Positions 24,539 to 37,739 of a stretch of DNA of 64,000 nt are shown here, in pieces. The position numbers were made by a program, and so were the translations under genes. The first letter of the stretch is position 1, and each line of letters opens with the position of its first letter. The notes below the pieces were generated by a model. That model saw only the letters and a program-made list of their open reading frames with translations, was not told where the DNA came from and ran no database searches. Location of the stretch: the NCBI GenBank assembly GCA_951406725.2, contig OX597816.1, positions 47,926,001 to 47,990,000 on the forward strand. The letters run 5' to 3'. The DNA is from Octopus vulgaris (taxonomy: Eukaryota).

Positions 24539-25385
24539 CAGGGATTGGACAAAATAATGGAAACACCTTAAAATTCCAAGCAAATTTATTTTAATATGGG
24601 TTTGGACTGCCATTGGCAGTAATTACAGCTTGAATTCTATGAATATGGTCTCGTACAACGTTTGAATTGTTTCCAAAGGAATTTTTGTCCTTTCTTCAGC
24701 TAAAACAGTTTTCGGTTCTTGTAGTGATGATGGTGGAAGATATCGACTCCTTACTTATTTTTATAAAATGCACCATAATTGTTCAATAATATTGAGATCT
24801 GGGGACTGTGGTAGCCAGATAAGATGTTCAACTTCACTAGAATGTTCCTCGTGCCATCCAGTAACAACTTTAGTGGTGTGAATTGGTACATTATCATCCT
24901 GAAAGATTGTATTTCCCTCCAGATACAGTTCCACAACCAGAAGATGAATTTGATCTGATAAAATGCTTAAAGAGTCTTGACTTTTAATTCTGCCATGAAG
25001 GGAAACCATTGGACTGGCAGATTTCCAAGATATAGCCCCATCATATCATCACAGATCCTCCTCGATGTTTAACAATTGGAAGAAGGCAGTCTGGGTCAAA
25101 TGCTTCTTTTGGCTGTTTCCAAACATATACGTGGCTGGTGGTCACAAATAAGGTAATGGATGACTTGTCCTAGAAAATAACATTCTTCCACTGCTCTTTT
25201 AATGAATTTTAATTACGTTTTTCTTATGATATTTGAAAAGAAACAGCAATTTTAGCAAAACATTAAGCAACACTAATAATAAATCAAAGAGTATACAAAT
25301 AAACAAGCTTTTGACAGTTTTATAGATATTTCAAAATTATGATGCTATGATGCTAGGTGTTTCCATTATTTTTTCTAACTGTCTG
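24539..25385 (-). mobile_element. Internally deleted Tc1 (DD34E) transposon
   Basis: TIRs cagggattggacaaaataatggaaacacc / ggtgtttccattattttttctaactgtctg, with TA at the left end. Minus strand reads QWKNVIF*DK, FQDDNVPIH and WLPQSPDLNIIEQLW. Confidence 0.9.
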
Positions 25386-25451
25386 GATGTTTTGTTGACG
25401 CCTGTTACATTCTTGTTATATATACATATAGCGGCATATGTACACTTTTGG

Positions 25452-25494
<43 letters not shown>

Positions 25495-25521
25495 CATGCA
25501 TACACACACACACACACACAT

Positions 25522-25888
25522 ACTCTTTTACTCTTTTTCTTGTTTCAGTCATTTGACTGCGGCCATGCTGGAGCACCGCCTTTAATCGAGCAACTCGACC
25601 CCGAGACTTATTCTTTGTAAGCCCAGTACTTATTCTATCGGTCTCTTTTTTTTTGCCGAACCGCTAAGTGACGGGGACAAAAACACACCAGCAAACACAC
25701 ACACATACATATATATATACATATATACGATGGGCTTCTTTCAGTTTCCGTCAACCAAATCCACTCACAAGGCTTTGGTCGGCCCAAGGCTATAGTAGAA
25801 GACACTTGCCCAAGTTTCCACGCAGTGGGACTGAACCCGGAACCATGTGGTTGGTAAACAAGCTACTTACCACACAGCCACTCCTGCG

Positions 25889-25890
<2 letters not shown>
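25522..25890 (-). mobile_element. Family A SINE, young (CpGs retained)
   Basis: Full head-to-tail reverse match to the other family A copies. Confidence 0.9.
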
Positions 25891-25937
<47 letters not shown>

Positions 25938-25939
<2 letters not shown>

Positions 25940-26455
25940 TGATAAAACGGTAAGATAACAAAGAAAGAAAGAGACCTCAATATTATGTAAATAGAGGAAA
26001 TTTATCTATACAATATGTTACATTACTCGGTAGTCAAGATAAAACTCTGAGTTTCAGATGCCGAAGTGGAAATCCACAACACCATCATATCATAGAATAA
26101 TCTATGTGATATGCGTCCATATTAGATTCTTTTGTTTGTGAGAGTCCTCAACCGATGTTAGGCGATAATCCCAAAAAGGTCGTATTAGCTCTTAGTTGAG
26201 AATAACGTCGTCCGGGAGGTGATTTATTGATAAAACGGTAAGATAACAAAAGAAAGAAAGAGACCTCAATATTATGTAAATAGAGGAAATTTATCTATAC
26301 AATATGTTACATTACTCGGTAGTCAAGATAAAACTCTGAGTTTCAGATGCCGAAGTGGAAATCCACAACACCATGGTGTTGTGGATTTCCACTTCGGCAT
26401 CTGAAACTCAGAGTTTTATCTTGACTACCGAGTAATGTAACATATTGTATAGATA
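25938..26455 (-). mobile_element. Penelope-like element remnant: two direct pseudo-LTRs plus one inverted partial copy
   Basis: 25938-26085 is repeated at 26226-26374 and mirrored at 26372-26455. The spacer ends on the minus strand in ATG (26120) MDAYHIDYSM. Confidence 0.75.
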
Positions 26456-26581
26456 TATATTTATATATATATATATTTATTTTATATATACAAAAATTTT
26501 ATATATATAAAAATATTTATATATTTTATATATATATATATATATATACACATATATAATATATCTATATATATCTATATA

Positions 26582-27221
26582 TATAGGGATTTAACTTGAC
26601 CCTACCTGAGATTTGAAACCAAATCCACCTGCTTGTTGCTTGTCAAAATGAGTGGGAAATACTCTCCACATCAGATGAGGGATAAGGAAACACTGGACCT
26701 TCTAGGACCTGCGCTAGTCGAGGAAAGGTCAATCCTTTGTCTAAGGTTTGACCTACATTACTGAACATAGTCTATATAACAGAGAAATTCCTATCTCTTC
26801 CTCTTATGTGTCAGCTATGACCAAGGAGCATCACCCTCTCTTTTTTGTCAGTCAGACCAAGGAGCAACACCAACTTTTGACTCAGCCATGACCAAGAGCA
26901 GCACTTTCCTTTCAGCCATAAGAAAGACTATGCCACCTTTATCTTTTCTAGTCAGCACCATGCATACCTTACTCTTTCACTCTCTACTAACAGACAACCT
27001 TTTTTTTACACTATCACTACAATTACTACTGCCTTTTTAACTGCCTATTGGACAAACAAATAAATGTATGTAAATAATATTTCTTCCTTCTTGGTGTTGA
27101 TTCTTCGATGTTTACTGGTACTCCAACATGAGAAGATTGAAGCGTTACATCTACATGCTACATTTAGTTGTGGGTTACATCATATCGAATTGATATGACA
27201 CAGCACACCCAACCCGCTACA
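26582..27221 (+). mobile_element. Probable solo LTR
   Basis: Ends tataggga.../...cccgctaca (degenerate TG..CA inverted termini), TATA-like ctatataa at ~26772, AATAAA at ~27059, three short internal repeats, and (TA)n on both sides. Confidence 0.55.
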
Positions 27222-27234
27222 TATATATAAACAC

Positions 27235-27278
<44 letters not shown>

Positions 27279-27344
27279 TTATATTTTTGGATGGTCATTT
27301 TTTCTTCTTTTCACAAATACATAAACATATATACTTATAAATAT

Positions 27345-27668
27345 ATTATGGAGATGTACTTGCATAGCAAGTAACTTGGTCTGAAATTGTGTGCTAAAAC
27401 AAAAACAATTACAACGTGGAATCTGTTTATAAGCCAATTAAAAGACACAAAACTGTTAGATTCACACAACATTTAAATTTAATTTGTGTCAAAATATTTT
27501 TGTCACCTTGAAACCGCGATCTATTCACTGACAAAATTTCATGTTTGCTTGTCAGTGAACAGGTTGTGATTTCAAAGCGATGAAAATATTTTGACACAAA
27601 TTAAATTTAAATGTTGTGTGAATGTAACAGTTTTGTGTCTTTTAAATGGCTTATAAACACCTTCTACA
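27345..27668. mobile_element. Palindromic Penelope-like pseudo-LTR pair (family P1)
   Basis: Arms ~27415-27533 and ~27549-27668 are reverse complements. Homologous to 950-1175. Confidence 0.8.
27550..27596 (+). ncRNA. Hammerhead-like motif with G3-C8 core
   Basis: tgtca-GTGAACA-g-gttgt-gatttcaaa-gcgat-GAAA-atat-TT-tgaca. Stem I is tgtca/tgaca; stem II is intact (gtcgc/gcgac) in the paralog at 996-1014. Confidence 0.55.
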
Positions 27669-27749
27669 AACAAATATATATATATATACATATATATACA
27701 TACATAGACACACAAATACACATACACACACACATATGTGTATATGTCT

Positions 27750-28384
27750 ACGGTTGTCTTTATGCTTATATTAGTTTCCCACCACTGTCACTTGACAACC
27801 AGTGTTTGTTTGTTTACATCCTTATAGTTTAATGGCTCAGCAAAAGAGATCACTAAAATTAGTACCAGGCTTTAAAAAAAAGCAAAAGAAAACAAGTACT
27901 GTGCTCTATTTGTTTAACTCAATCTTCCAAGGTGGTGTTCCAGCATGGCCATAGTCTATTGACTGAAAGAAGTAAAGGATAACAGATAACAGATACTCTT
28001 TTACTCTTTGACTGTGGCTATGCTGGAGCACCGCCTTTAGTCAAGCAAATCGATCCCAGGACTTATTCTTTGTTAGCCTGGTACTTATTCTATCGGTCTC
28101 TATTGCCGAACCACTAAATTACAGGTACATAACACACCAGCATTGGTTGTCAAGTGATGTTTGGGGGAACAAACAAAGACACACAAATGTATACATGCAC
28201 ACATACATATATATATATACATATATACGATGGGCTTCTTTCAGTTTCCGTCTACCAAATCCACTCATCAGGCTTTGGTTGGCTCAAGGCTAAGTAGAAG
28301 ACACTTGCCCAAGGTGCCATGCAGTGGGACTGAACCCGGAACTATGTGGTTGGTAAGCAAGCTACTTACCACACAGCCACTCCT
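27750..28384. mobile_element. Tail-to-tail family A SINEs (+ strand 3' half 27750-27985; - strand copy 27995-28384)
   Basis: Family A tail motifs in both orientations. Confidence 0.8.
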
Positions 28385-28757
28385 GTATTATTTTATTTTT
28401 AATTATTTGAGCAATAGTTTCATTTGTGACTTTTGGGAACTACTGATCAAGTCAGCAACATAATTGATTATGCGAAAACAGAGAGAGACAGGACAAATCA
28501 CTATATAATTGATATGCTTTCAGATCAAGAAACTCTCCAAAGATTTATACAGGAAATTCTTTTTGGAAATTTTAATGTAAGTCTTCATGAAAGTGAAAAA
28601 CACTTGAAGTAAAACAATTTGGACAATAGGTGCAGGTGTAACCATTTGGTTGAGAAGTATAGCCTGATAGCTACAAGGTTCTGGTTTCAATCTTGTCTTG
28701 TGGTGCTTTGAATAAATGTCTTTTGCTGCAGTGCTTTCTACTAGTTGTCATGTTTAA

Positions 28758-28977
28758 CCCTTTCATTACCAACCCGGCTGAAACTGGCTCTGGCTCTGAG
28801 TACAAATGTCTTGTTTTCATAAGTATCGAATTAAAATATCCCACAAAACTTTAGTTACAATTTATGTTCTAAGCACTAGCTTAATGATAACTAAGTTATT
28901 TTGTTAAATTATTTGTTATATTTAAAGTAATTGAAAGAAACACAGAGCGTCTCAAAATAAATACTGTAATGAAAGGG
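28758..28977. mobile_element. piggyBac-type MITE
   Basis: TTAA at 28754-57 and 28978-81; TIR ccctttcattac / gtaatgaaaggg. Confidence 0.9.
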
Positions 28978-29944
28978 TTAAAAGTGTTGTCACAAACCAA
29001 AGAGCAATGATAATGAAAATTCTCAGTTTTAATTACTCTGCAGAAAAGGTGGAAAAAAGCCAAATTTGCTATCTTCCGATTGGTTTTTGTGCCTGACTTC
29101 ATGTATGGTCATGAATGATGGATAATTACTGAAAGAATATGATTGCGAAGACAAGCAGTCAAAATGGGGTGACCTCTTAATGATTTGTAGAATAATGTTC
29201 CTCCACAGAATAAGAAGTTAAGAAATCAAGGAATTTCTCTAGGTGGAGTTATTGAGAGTTATTATCAGCAGTGGGTTGTGGTCACATTGGAGAAATATTT
29301 GTATTCAGGTTATATCATGACTGTCGTTTGCAAGTGAATATAACTTGGTAATATGTACTGTAGCTGGTTGGTATGTGTATATGTGATTGTGTGTGAATGA
29401 TGTAACAACACCAAGCAAACTTAATAGTAACTTTTAATTCACTGCATGAGTTGGTCATAAATTATAAAGTTGATCATGAATAATAAAATTGCAACATCAA
29501 GTCAACTCAGTTGAAAGAATAATTCTGTAGCATTCATAATTAGTTGATTAGAAAAGCTTGTAACAAAAGCATGTCAAGACAAGAGAAAATATACTCAGTA
29601 GCTTTATTTCAGCTAGCTAAATCAGCATAACCAAGTTGAGCAGATAGCTGTGAAAACAACCATTACAAAAGTGAAAGAGTGTGTGTAGCTACAAAGGTGA
29701 AAGAGTGTGTGTAGCATGTTCACAAGTTACCATATAATCTGTTAATTAGTGCTAAAACTAGCCTTTATTTAACCATTGTAGGGAAAAGTTCTAAAGGGAT
29801 CTAGATTGATCTAACAAATGAAGTCTGGTAAATGATTGGCCAATAACTTGGCCTTCCATGTGAACAAGCCATTGTTATGTCATGATTTTAACTTTGTAAT
29901 TTGACAATACATGTTCAAGTCTCACTGCAGTATCATAGAAGCCC

Positions 29945-30205
29945 ATGCAATTATGAACAGACATAAACATCCTCTTGATTTTCCTACTCGTGACCCAGCA
30001 GAACATTGTGGATGTGATAGCTGGAGTGATAGAGGGCTGTTCTAGCAATTGACTTGTACTCATTACGGGCCAGGAAGATTGGAGCAAAAATGAAATGAAG
30101 TGCCTTGCTAAATGACATAATGCACAGCCTTGTTTGAGAATTGAACACACTGTCTTATGACCATAAGCTGAACACTTTTACCTACAAAGCCACGTGACTT
30201 CACAA
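29945..30205 (-). mobile_element. Family C SINE, diverged
   Basis: ttggagcaaaaatgaaatgaagtgccttgct...gagaattgaac motif. Confidence 0.6.
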
Positions 30206-30849
30206 TTCAGATGAAGTTAGTGTTAAAGTAATTGATGTGAAGTGTGTCAAAAAGTTAACTTGAAATAATTATTTGGTGAGATAAAAAAAAACAAACACAA
30301 AACTAATCGCCAATGTTTTGAAAGGTATTTTGACAAGTGTGAGAGACAAGTCCAGACATGTTATGATATCATTGTATTTGACTTCATCAGAATGATGGAT
30401 TGTCTGAATTGCAAGAGTATTGGACAAAGTACTTTGCAATATTTAGTTACAATTCATTACATTCTGAGTTCAAATCTCACTAAGGTCAATTTTTTTTTAA
30501 CCTTTCATCCCTTAGTGGTTGATAAAATAAAGTAGCAGTCAAGTAATGGGGTCATATAATTGACTGTTCCATTTTCTTCTAAATTTCTCGGTCTGTGCTT
30601 ATATCAGAAACATATAGTTTGACAAGTATGTGAAACAACTTCAGTCATGTTTTTGGTATCATTATACGTGATTTCCTGAACCAGAATTGTAAACACATTG
30701 CGCAATGTGCTTAGCAGCATTTAGTCTGTCTTTCTGTTGTGAGTTCAAATCCTGCTGAGGTCGACTTTGCCTTTCATCTTTTTGGGGGTCAATAAAATAA
30801 GTACCAATTTCAGGCCTTGTGCCTATAGCAGAACGGATTGTTATAATCA

Positions 30850-31006
<157 letters not shown>

Positions 31007-31458
31007 GAGTGAGAGTAAAATATGTGCGCAACATGGTGATCTCATATCAAGATAAACAGTGCATGACCTTGCAGGTGAGGCCCAGTTAGAATTTCCTTCT
31101 GGTCGAGTAACCCATCCCACTCAAAAGGTCCCTGAATAGGGATTGTTTAAGGATGTTGAATGAACCAACCATGTTTCCAAAGGTGAATTATCCAAACCTC
31201 TAAGAATTCCATTCAACACATGGCTATGATGCTCCCCCACTACTTCTGCTCATGATCAGAGATGCACATATCATCAGCAATTAAGGGACATGCTCAACTG
31301 GTTAAGGTCAAACAACTGACAAGCAAATCTGTGGTATTGAACAGAATATTTGCTGTAGCCTATTTTTTTATAGCAAGACAAAACAATGTACATGATAACA
31401 CTTCCAATTAGTTAAAATCAGGAACCCTGAGAGCCACTGTCTGGTACTGCATCAGGGC

Positions 31459-31461
<3 letters not shown>
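31007..31461 (-). mobile_element. Non-coding element embedded in (TTA)n, probably derived from a (TAA)n-targeting LINE
   Basis: Unique ~455 bp bounded on both sides by (TTA)n. Its terminus gagtgagag resembles the element starting after (TTA)n at ~63929. Orientation is inferred. Confidence 0.45.
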
Positions 31462-31524
<63 letters not shown>

Positions 31525-31770
31525 AGTTGACAAGCTGTCTAAATCATTTGCACACTGGGTGAAATGCTTAGCGTATTTCATCAGCTGCTATATTCTGAGT
31601 TCGAATTCCACCGAGGTTGACTTTGCCTTTCATCATTTTGTGGTTGATAAATTTAGTACCAGTGAAATTCTGGGGTCGATGTCATCAAATAGTCCTCTCC
31701 CACAAAATTTCAGGCCTTGTGCCTATAGTAGAAAGAATTATTATTATTATCATCGTTATTATTATTATTA

Positions 31771-31854
<84 letters not shown>

Positions 31855-32445
31855 TTATGTAAGGTGACAAGCTGGCAGAATCATTAGCATACTGGGTGAA
31901 ATGCCTAGCAGTATTTCATCAACTGCTATGTTCTGAGTTCAAAGTCCGCCGAGGTTGACTTTGCCTTTCATCCTTTTGGGGTCGATAAAATAAGCACCAG
32001 TTGAATACTGGGGTCAATGTAATTGACTATCCACTTCCCATAAAATTTCAGGCCCTGTTCCTATAGTAGAGAGGATTATGTATGATTTCCTAAGGCAGAG
32101 ACATGGCAGAATCATAAACACATTGAACAAAATGCTTTGCAGTATTTTGTCCATTTTTTGTTCTAAGTTTAAATTCTGCTGAGGTCAGCTTTGCCTTTTA
32201 TCCTTTTAGGATTAATAAAATAAGTACCAGTTGAGCACTGGGAGTCGATGTAACAGTCTTATCATTGCTTCAAAATTGCTGGCTTTGTGCCAAAATTTGA
32301 AGCCATTATATATGGTTTCATGAAATTGGTGAGCTAGCAGAATACTTACTGTGCCAGACAAAATACTTAGTGGTATATTATCCATCTCGATGTTCTGATC
32401 TCAAATTCCACTGAGGTTGACTTTTTCTTTCATTGTCTCAGGGTT
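31525..32445 (+). mobile_element. Array of four family B SINEs
   Basis: Heads at ~31525, 31861, 32092 and 32325. Confidence 0.8.
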
Positions 32446-32494
32446 CATCATCATCATTATCATCATCATCATCGTCGTCGTCGTCGTCATCATC

Positions 32495-32675
32495 ATCATC
32501 ATCATCATCATCGTCGTTTAACGTCCGTTCTCCATGCTAGCATGGGTTGGACGGTTCGACCGGGGTTCTGGGAAGCCAGAAGGCTGCACCAGGCTCCAGT
32601 CTAATTTGGCAATGTTTCTACAGCTGGATGCCCTTCCTAACGCCAACCACTCCGTGCACGCCAACCACTCCGTCA
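32495..32675 (-). mobile_element. RTE-type short retroposon 3' part
   Basis: cgtttaacgtccgttctccatgctagcatgggttggacgg...gctggatgcccttcctaacgccaacc. Confidence 0.75.
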
Positions 32676-32982
32676 TTATTATTTAGCATCATCATTATTT
32701 AGCATCCATCTTCAATGCTGGTATGAGTTAATAATTATGAGTTGAACCGGAGGTGGGTGTCAATGTAATTGACTAACCACTGCCTCCCCAAAATTCTGAC
32801 CTTGTCTCCTCCTCCTCCTCCTTTAACGTCCGTTTTCCATGCTAGCATGGGTTGGACAATAGAAAAGATTATGTATGGTTTCATTCTAGCAATCTATTTT
32901 CTGAGTTGAAATCTTGCTGAGGTAAGCTTTGCTCTTTATTATTCTGTAGTTGGTAAAATATATACTAGTTGAGTACTGAAAA

Positions 32983-33220
32983 GGTAAGGCAAAGTTTACT
33001 TCTTGAGTCATACTGAGTCCTAAGGGTCAGTTTCCCAATTCCCCAACTGGATAGGACACCAGTCCATCACAGGATTACTCACTTTTGCCAGCTCAGTGGA
33101 CTGGAGCAACATGAAATGAAGTGTTTTGCTCAAGAACACAACATGTTGTCCAGTCCAGGAATCGAAACCACAATCTTATGATCACGAGTCCAATACCTTA
33201 ACTGCTAAGCCACACATTAC
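32983..33220 (-). mobile_element. Family C SINE
   Basis: gactggagcaacatgaaatgaagtgttttgctcaagaacac...ggaatcgaaacc. Confidence 0.75.
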
Positions 33221-34422
33221 CACTAGTTGAGTACTGGTACTGATGCAATTGAATAAACCTTCCCTCAAAATTTCAGGCTTTATGACTATATTACTTACAA
33301 AGGATTATATATAACTTCATAGACAACGAAGCACTGATTTCACTGCACTTGCTGAAGTAATGTTGTAAGAATATCTAAGCTGATGTGAATGAAATATCAT
33401 AGATTTTTGTAGAAAAATAGAATTGTTTAGAGAATAATTAACAGAAGGACAACACTTGCATGGAAAACAATGATTAAATTTTAAAACGGTATTGTATTGC
33501 ATCATCACGTCACAACCAATCTTCCGACTGAGCCAAAAGAGCTTACATTTCCATAGCTCTTCAAAATTACTTGATACCATCTGTCATTTACAATTCTTCA
33601 CCGAAGCGTTACCATTTCTGTTTACTTATTTATTTATTTACTTATTCATTTATTTTACTTTGTCAGTGACAGGTATGATTTGAACTCTGGATTAACGGAG
33701 GTATCTTTGTTTTGTATACTTTCTGCATTCTGAATACGAGTTCTTTTGAGATCAACTTGCGATGTAGGAAAATAATTAATATTTTCAAAGCATGAACGTG
33801 TTATATTTGTTTTATATTTGTTTTTCATTTGTTATTGTTTTTAACGGTTTCACTCATAAGTGTGTGACTATGTGGGGTGGGGTGGGGGGGGAGGATCGTT
33901 CAAGTGAGGAGTCAAACCTATCAGGCCCTGGTATTTATTTTATCAAGTTTTATTTGTGGAACCGCTAAATTGCAAGACATTAAGAGGGGGACACATAAAC
34001 ACACACGCACACAAACATGTGTGCATATTATTGTGTCATATATATCATCATCATCATCATCATCATCATTTAACGTCTGCTTTCCATGCTGGCATGGGTT
34101 AGATGGTTTCACAGCTGAATGGCTGTTCAAGCTTCCTGCCTGTTTTGGCATGGTTTCTACAGCTGGATGCCTTTCCTAATGCCCACCACTTTACAATGTA
34201 CTGGGTGCTTTCATGTGGCACCAGCACCTATAAGCTTGTGATATTAGGGATCCTCAGCTGGAGAGGGTTGCAGGGGACAAGCTTATATGCAAGAACAACC
34301 ACACTTTTACTTAGCTTGATATATCTTTTTGAGCACAGAAAACTGCCAGGAGTCATCGCCTCTGTGAGTCCCAACCTCTGTAGCATATATATATATATAT
34401 ATATATATGTGTGTATATATAT

Positions 34423-34560
34423 ATGGAGATGTACTTGCATAGCAAGTGATTTGATCTGAGATCGTGTGCTGGAATGAAAACAATTGCAGCGTGAAGTGAA
34501 TCGAACGGCTTTTGTGTGTTTCTTAAATGGCTTACAAACACCTTCCACACTGCAATTGTT
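34423..34560. mobile_element. Family P1 Penelope-like fragment with short inversion, inside (TA)n
   Basis: Homologous to 950-1175; aacaattgcag...ctgcaattgtt is inverted. Confidence 0.7.
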
Positions 34561-34569
34561 ATATATATG

Positions 34570-34613
<44 letters not shown>

Positions 34614-34682
34614 AAGGCGGTGCTCAGCATGGCCGCAGTCAAATGACTGAAACAAGTAAAAGATTAGAAAGATTTATATATA

Positions 34683-34735
<53 letters not shown>

Positions 34736-34737
34736 GT

Positions 34738-34843
<106 letters not shown>

Positions 34844-34851
34844 ATATATAT

Positions 34852-35238
34852 AGGCACTGGAGTGGCTGTGTGGTAAGTAGTTTGCTTACCAGCCACCTGG
34901 TTCTGGGTTCAGTCCCACTGCGTGGCACCTTGCGCAAATGTCTTCTACTATAGCCTCGGGCCGTCCAAAGCCTTGTAAGTACATTTGGTAGATGGAAACT
35001 AAAAGAAGCCCGTCGTATATATGTATATGTTTGTGTGTCTGTGTTTGTTCCCCCAACATCACTTGACAACTGATATTGGTGTGCTTACATTCCTGTAATT
35101 TGGCAGTTCAGCAAAAGAGAATGATAGAATAAGTACTAGGCTTACAAAAATAAGTCCTGAGGTTGATTTGCTCAACTAAAAGCAGTGCTCCAGCATGGGC
35201 GTAGTCAAATGACTGAAACAAATAAAAGAATAAAAGAA
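34852..35238 (+). mobile_element. Family A SINE, full length
   Basis: Head-to-tail match. Confidence 0.9.
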
Positions 35239-35264
35239 TATATATATATATATATACACATACA

Positions 35265-35296
<32 letters not shown>

Positions 35297-35759
35297 CATA
35301 TATATATATATATGCCATCATCAATATTTCATTTAGTCTACCACCCTGAAAGGGTGAAAGGAAAAGTTGTTAGGATATGAACCTGCTGGTAAGAGAAACA
35401 AATATTGCAAAGTATTTTATTTGATGCTTTAATGATCTGCCTATCAGCAGCATCTACTTAGTTGAACTAACTGCAATATTCATTGGAGCCAATGAGGAAT
35501 CTCCGATCTGGTGAACCTGCTAGAAATAACAACCAAGTCTCTCTAATTTGAAATTCTGCAATTCTGCTAACTTGTGAAAACGAAAAGATAATGATACATT
35601 ACAAAATGTAGTCCTAGATACACTATGCCTGAATAAAGAAATGTAGGATGGTCATGGCTAGAATGTTTTTACTTGTCTTCACAAATCACAGGATTAACTC
35701 AACAGGACTAACTTGGAGCTAAACAGCAACTATAGTCACTATTATTAGGCATAGTACTA

Positions 35760-36220
35760 CGGTGGCAAGCTGGCAGAATCGTTAGTATGTCAGGCAAAAT
35801 GCTTAGGGGCATTTCGTCCGTCTTTATGTTCTGAGTTTAAAGTCAACTTTGTCTTTCAGGGTCAATAAAATAAGTAAAAAAGGAAAAGCTTTTTTCTTGA
35901 GTCAAATTGACTCTATAAGGGTCAGCATTCATGGTGTATATAATCCCCACTTGGACAAGATACTGGCCTATCACAGGATTACTTAATTTTGCCAGCTGAG
36001 TGGACTGAAACAACGTGAAATGAAGTGTTTTGCTCAAGAATTCAATGTATCCCAGTCCAGGAATCGAAACCACAATCTTGCAATTTTGAGTCCAACACAC
36101 TAACCACTAAGCCACATTCCTCTACAATAAAATAAGTATCAGTTGAGCATTGAGGGTCAATGTAATTGGCTTAGCTCTCCCTCAAAATTTGGGCCTTGTA
36201 TGAAAATTTAAATCCAATAT
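35760..36220. mobile_element. Family B SINE (+) interrupted by a family C SINE (-, ~35890-36122)
   Basis: The B core ends aataaaataagta at ~35876 and resumes aataaaataagtatcag at ~36126, a TSD-like duplication. Confidence 0.7.
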
Positions 36221-37739
36221 TTAACACAGGACTTCCATACATGAAAATCTTTTCACACACACATGCTCACACAGAAAAATTAATTTTTCTGGTGGTGGTG
36301 GTGGTGGTGGAAAGAGATTAAAAAGTGATTTGTGATTAAATCGAAGCAAAACTGAACTTCCTATCTCCACCTGTTAAGTATATTTACTCAACTACAATAT
36401 GATCTCAAACATAATACAGCCTTCTCTTTTCCAACTTTAAAATATCAATAATATACAACTGAGAAGCACTGAAATGTAATACTATCTGTGTATGCCAGTT
36501 TTGGGAAAATTGGTAAACTGCAGCCCATAGGACTTGCTGAATGTCATATCTAATTTTATGAGGAAAATAACATTTTATAAAATTTTGGGTTTTTTTTTTG
36601 TAGTACAGCTCATCTGAAGATGAACCATGTCTCATGTGGGTCAGTTCTCGTAAAAGGCTGCTCATGCCTCATGTATACTATATTGATTAGTATACTATGC
36701 ATACGATAGAATACTATGTATACTATAGAAGATTACTATTGGCTCATACAACAATCTATTTCTATTCAAACATGGTAAAAAAACATATAAATTTACTGAA
36801 AAATGTAACCTTATTGAACATTTGAAAAAAAAGTGTCCTTAATTTGCATGTTTGAAAATTTTGAATATATAATTAGTTAATTTGCATATTTGATTTGATA
36901 TTGAACTTGTTATAAAAACACTACAACGTAGCACACAAGTAAACAGCATACAAAATTTGATAAGTGTGCTACTTATAGAATTGGAAACATTTCATTTACT
37001 CAAATTAATTAGACAAACTTAGTCACTTTTTCTGATCATCTCTGCATATGCAGAGAAAATTTTTTGCTGAAGAACCACATTTCAAAGTTTTCTGTTTTAC
37101 AACTACAATAAATAATACACTTGATTTGTTTATAGAGTTGTTTAGTCAATTTATGTCAAAAGATTTTTTTTCAAATGAGAGGTTTAAATTACAAAAAAAA
37201 AAAAACACATAAAAAAAACCATCAACATGTTTTGCCAAATTGCATTTCATGTCAGGTTTCCCTATATTTTGAGAAAACTTTAAATAGCAATAACTTCATG
37301 GAACATTGTCTAATATGCATAATTTTATTTCACCAAATGAAATTTGTTGCCAAGATCTTTAACATATGGATAGATTTATACATGTCATTTAGATGTGAAT
37401 GCTTTATTTGCCATATCTGCTAAGATGAGGGGGCAGGTGTATGGACTGGGGGGTTAAGTTTGTGGGCTGTCCGTTAGGTCAGGGGTTTGATTCTCAGACC
37501 AGAGAGCACATTATGTCTCTCAGCAAGCAAGGCACTTCATTTTGCTTACCTGAAACTGAGCATCAGAGCCAGCTGCATGTTTAACCCACTGATGGACTGA
37601 TGTCATGTTTAGAAGTGAGTCTTGTAATTCCAGTCAATTAAATACCATGAAATCTGGGACAATCTCGGCTATAAATGGGCCTGGTAGATTCATGATAGAC
37701 TTTTATATTTACTAATGCAAACTAATATATTGTGCAGCC

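Noticed and set aside
33500-33530. CRE-like tcacgtca next to CCAAT as a promoter
   Set aside because: Short motifs like these are expected by chance, and there is no supported downstream gene.
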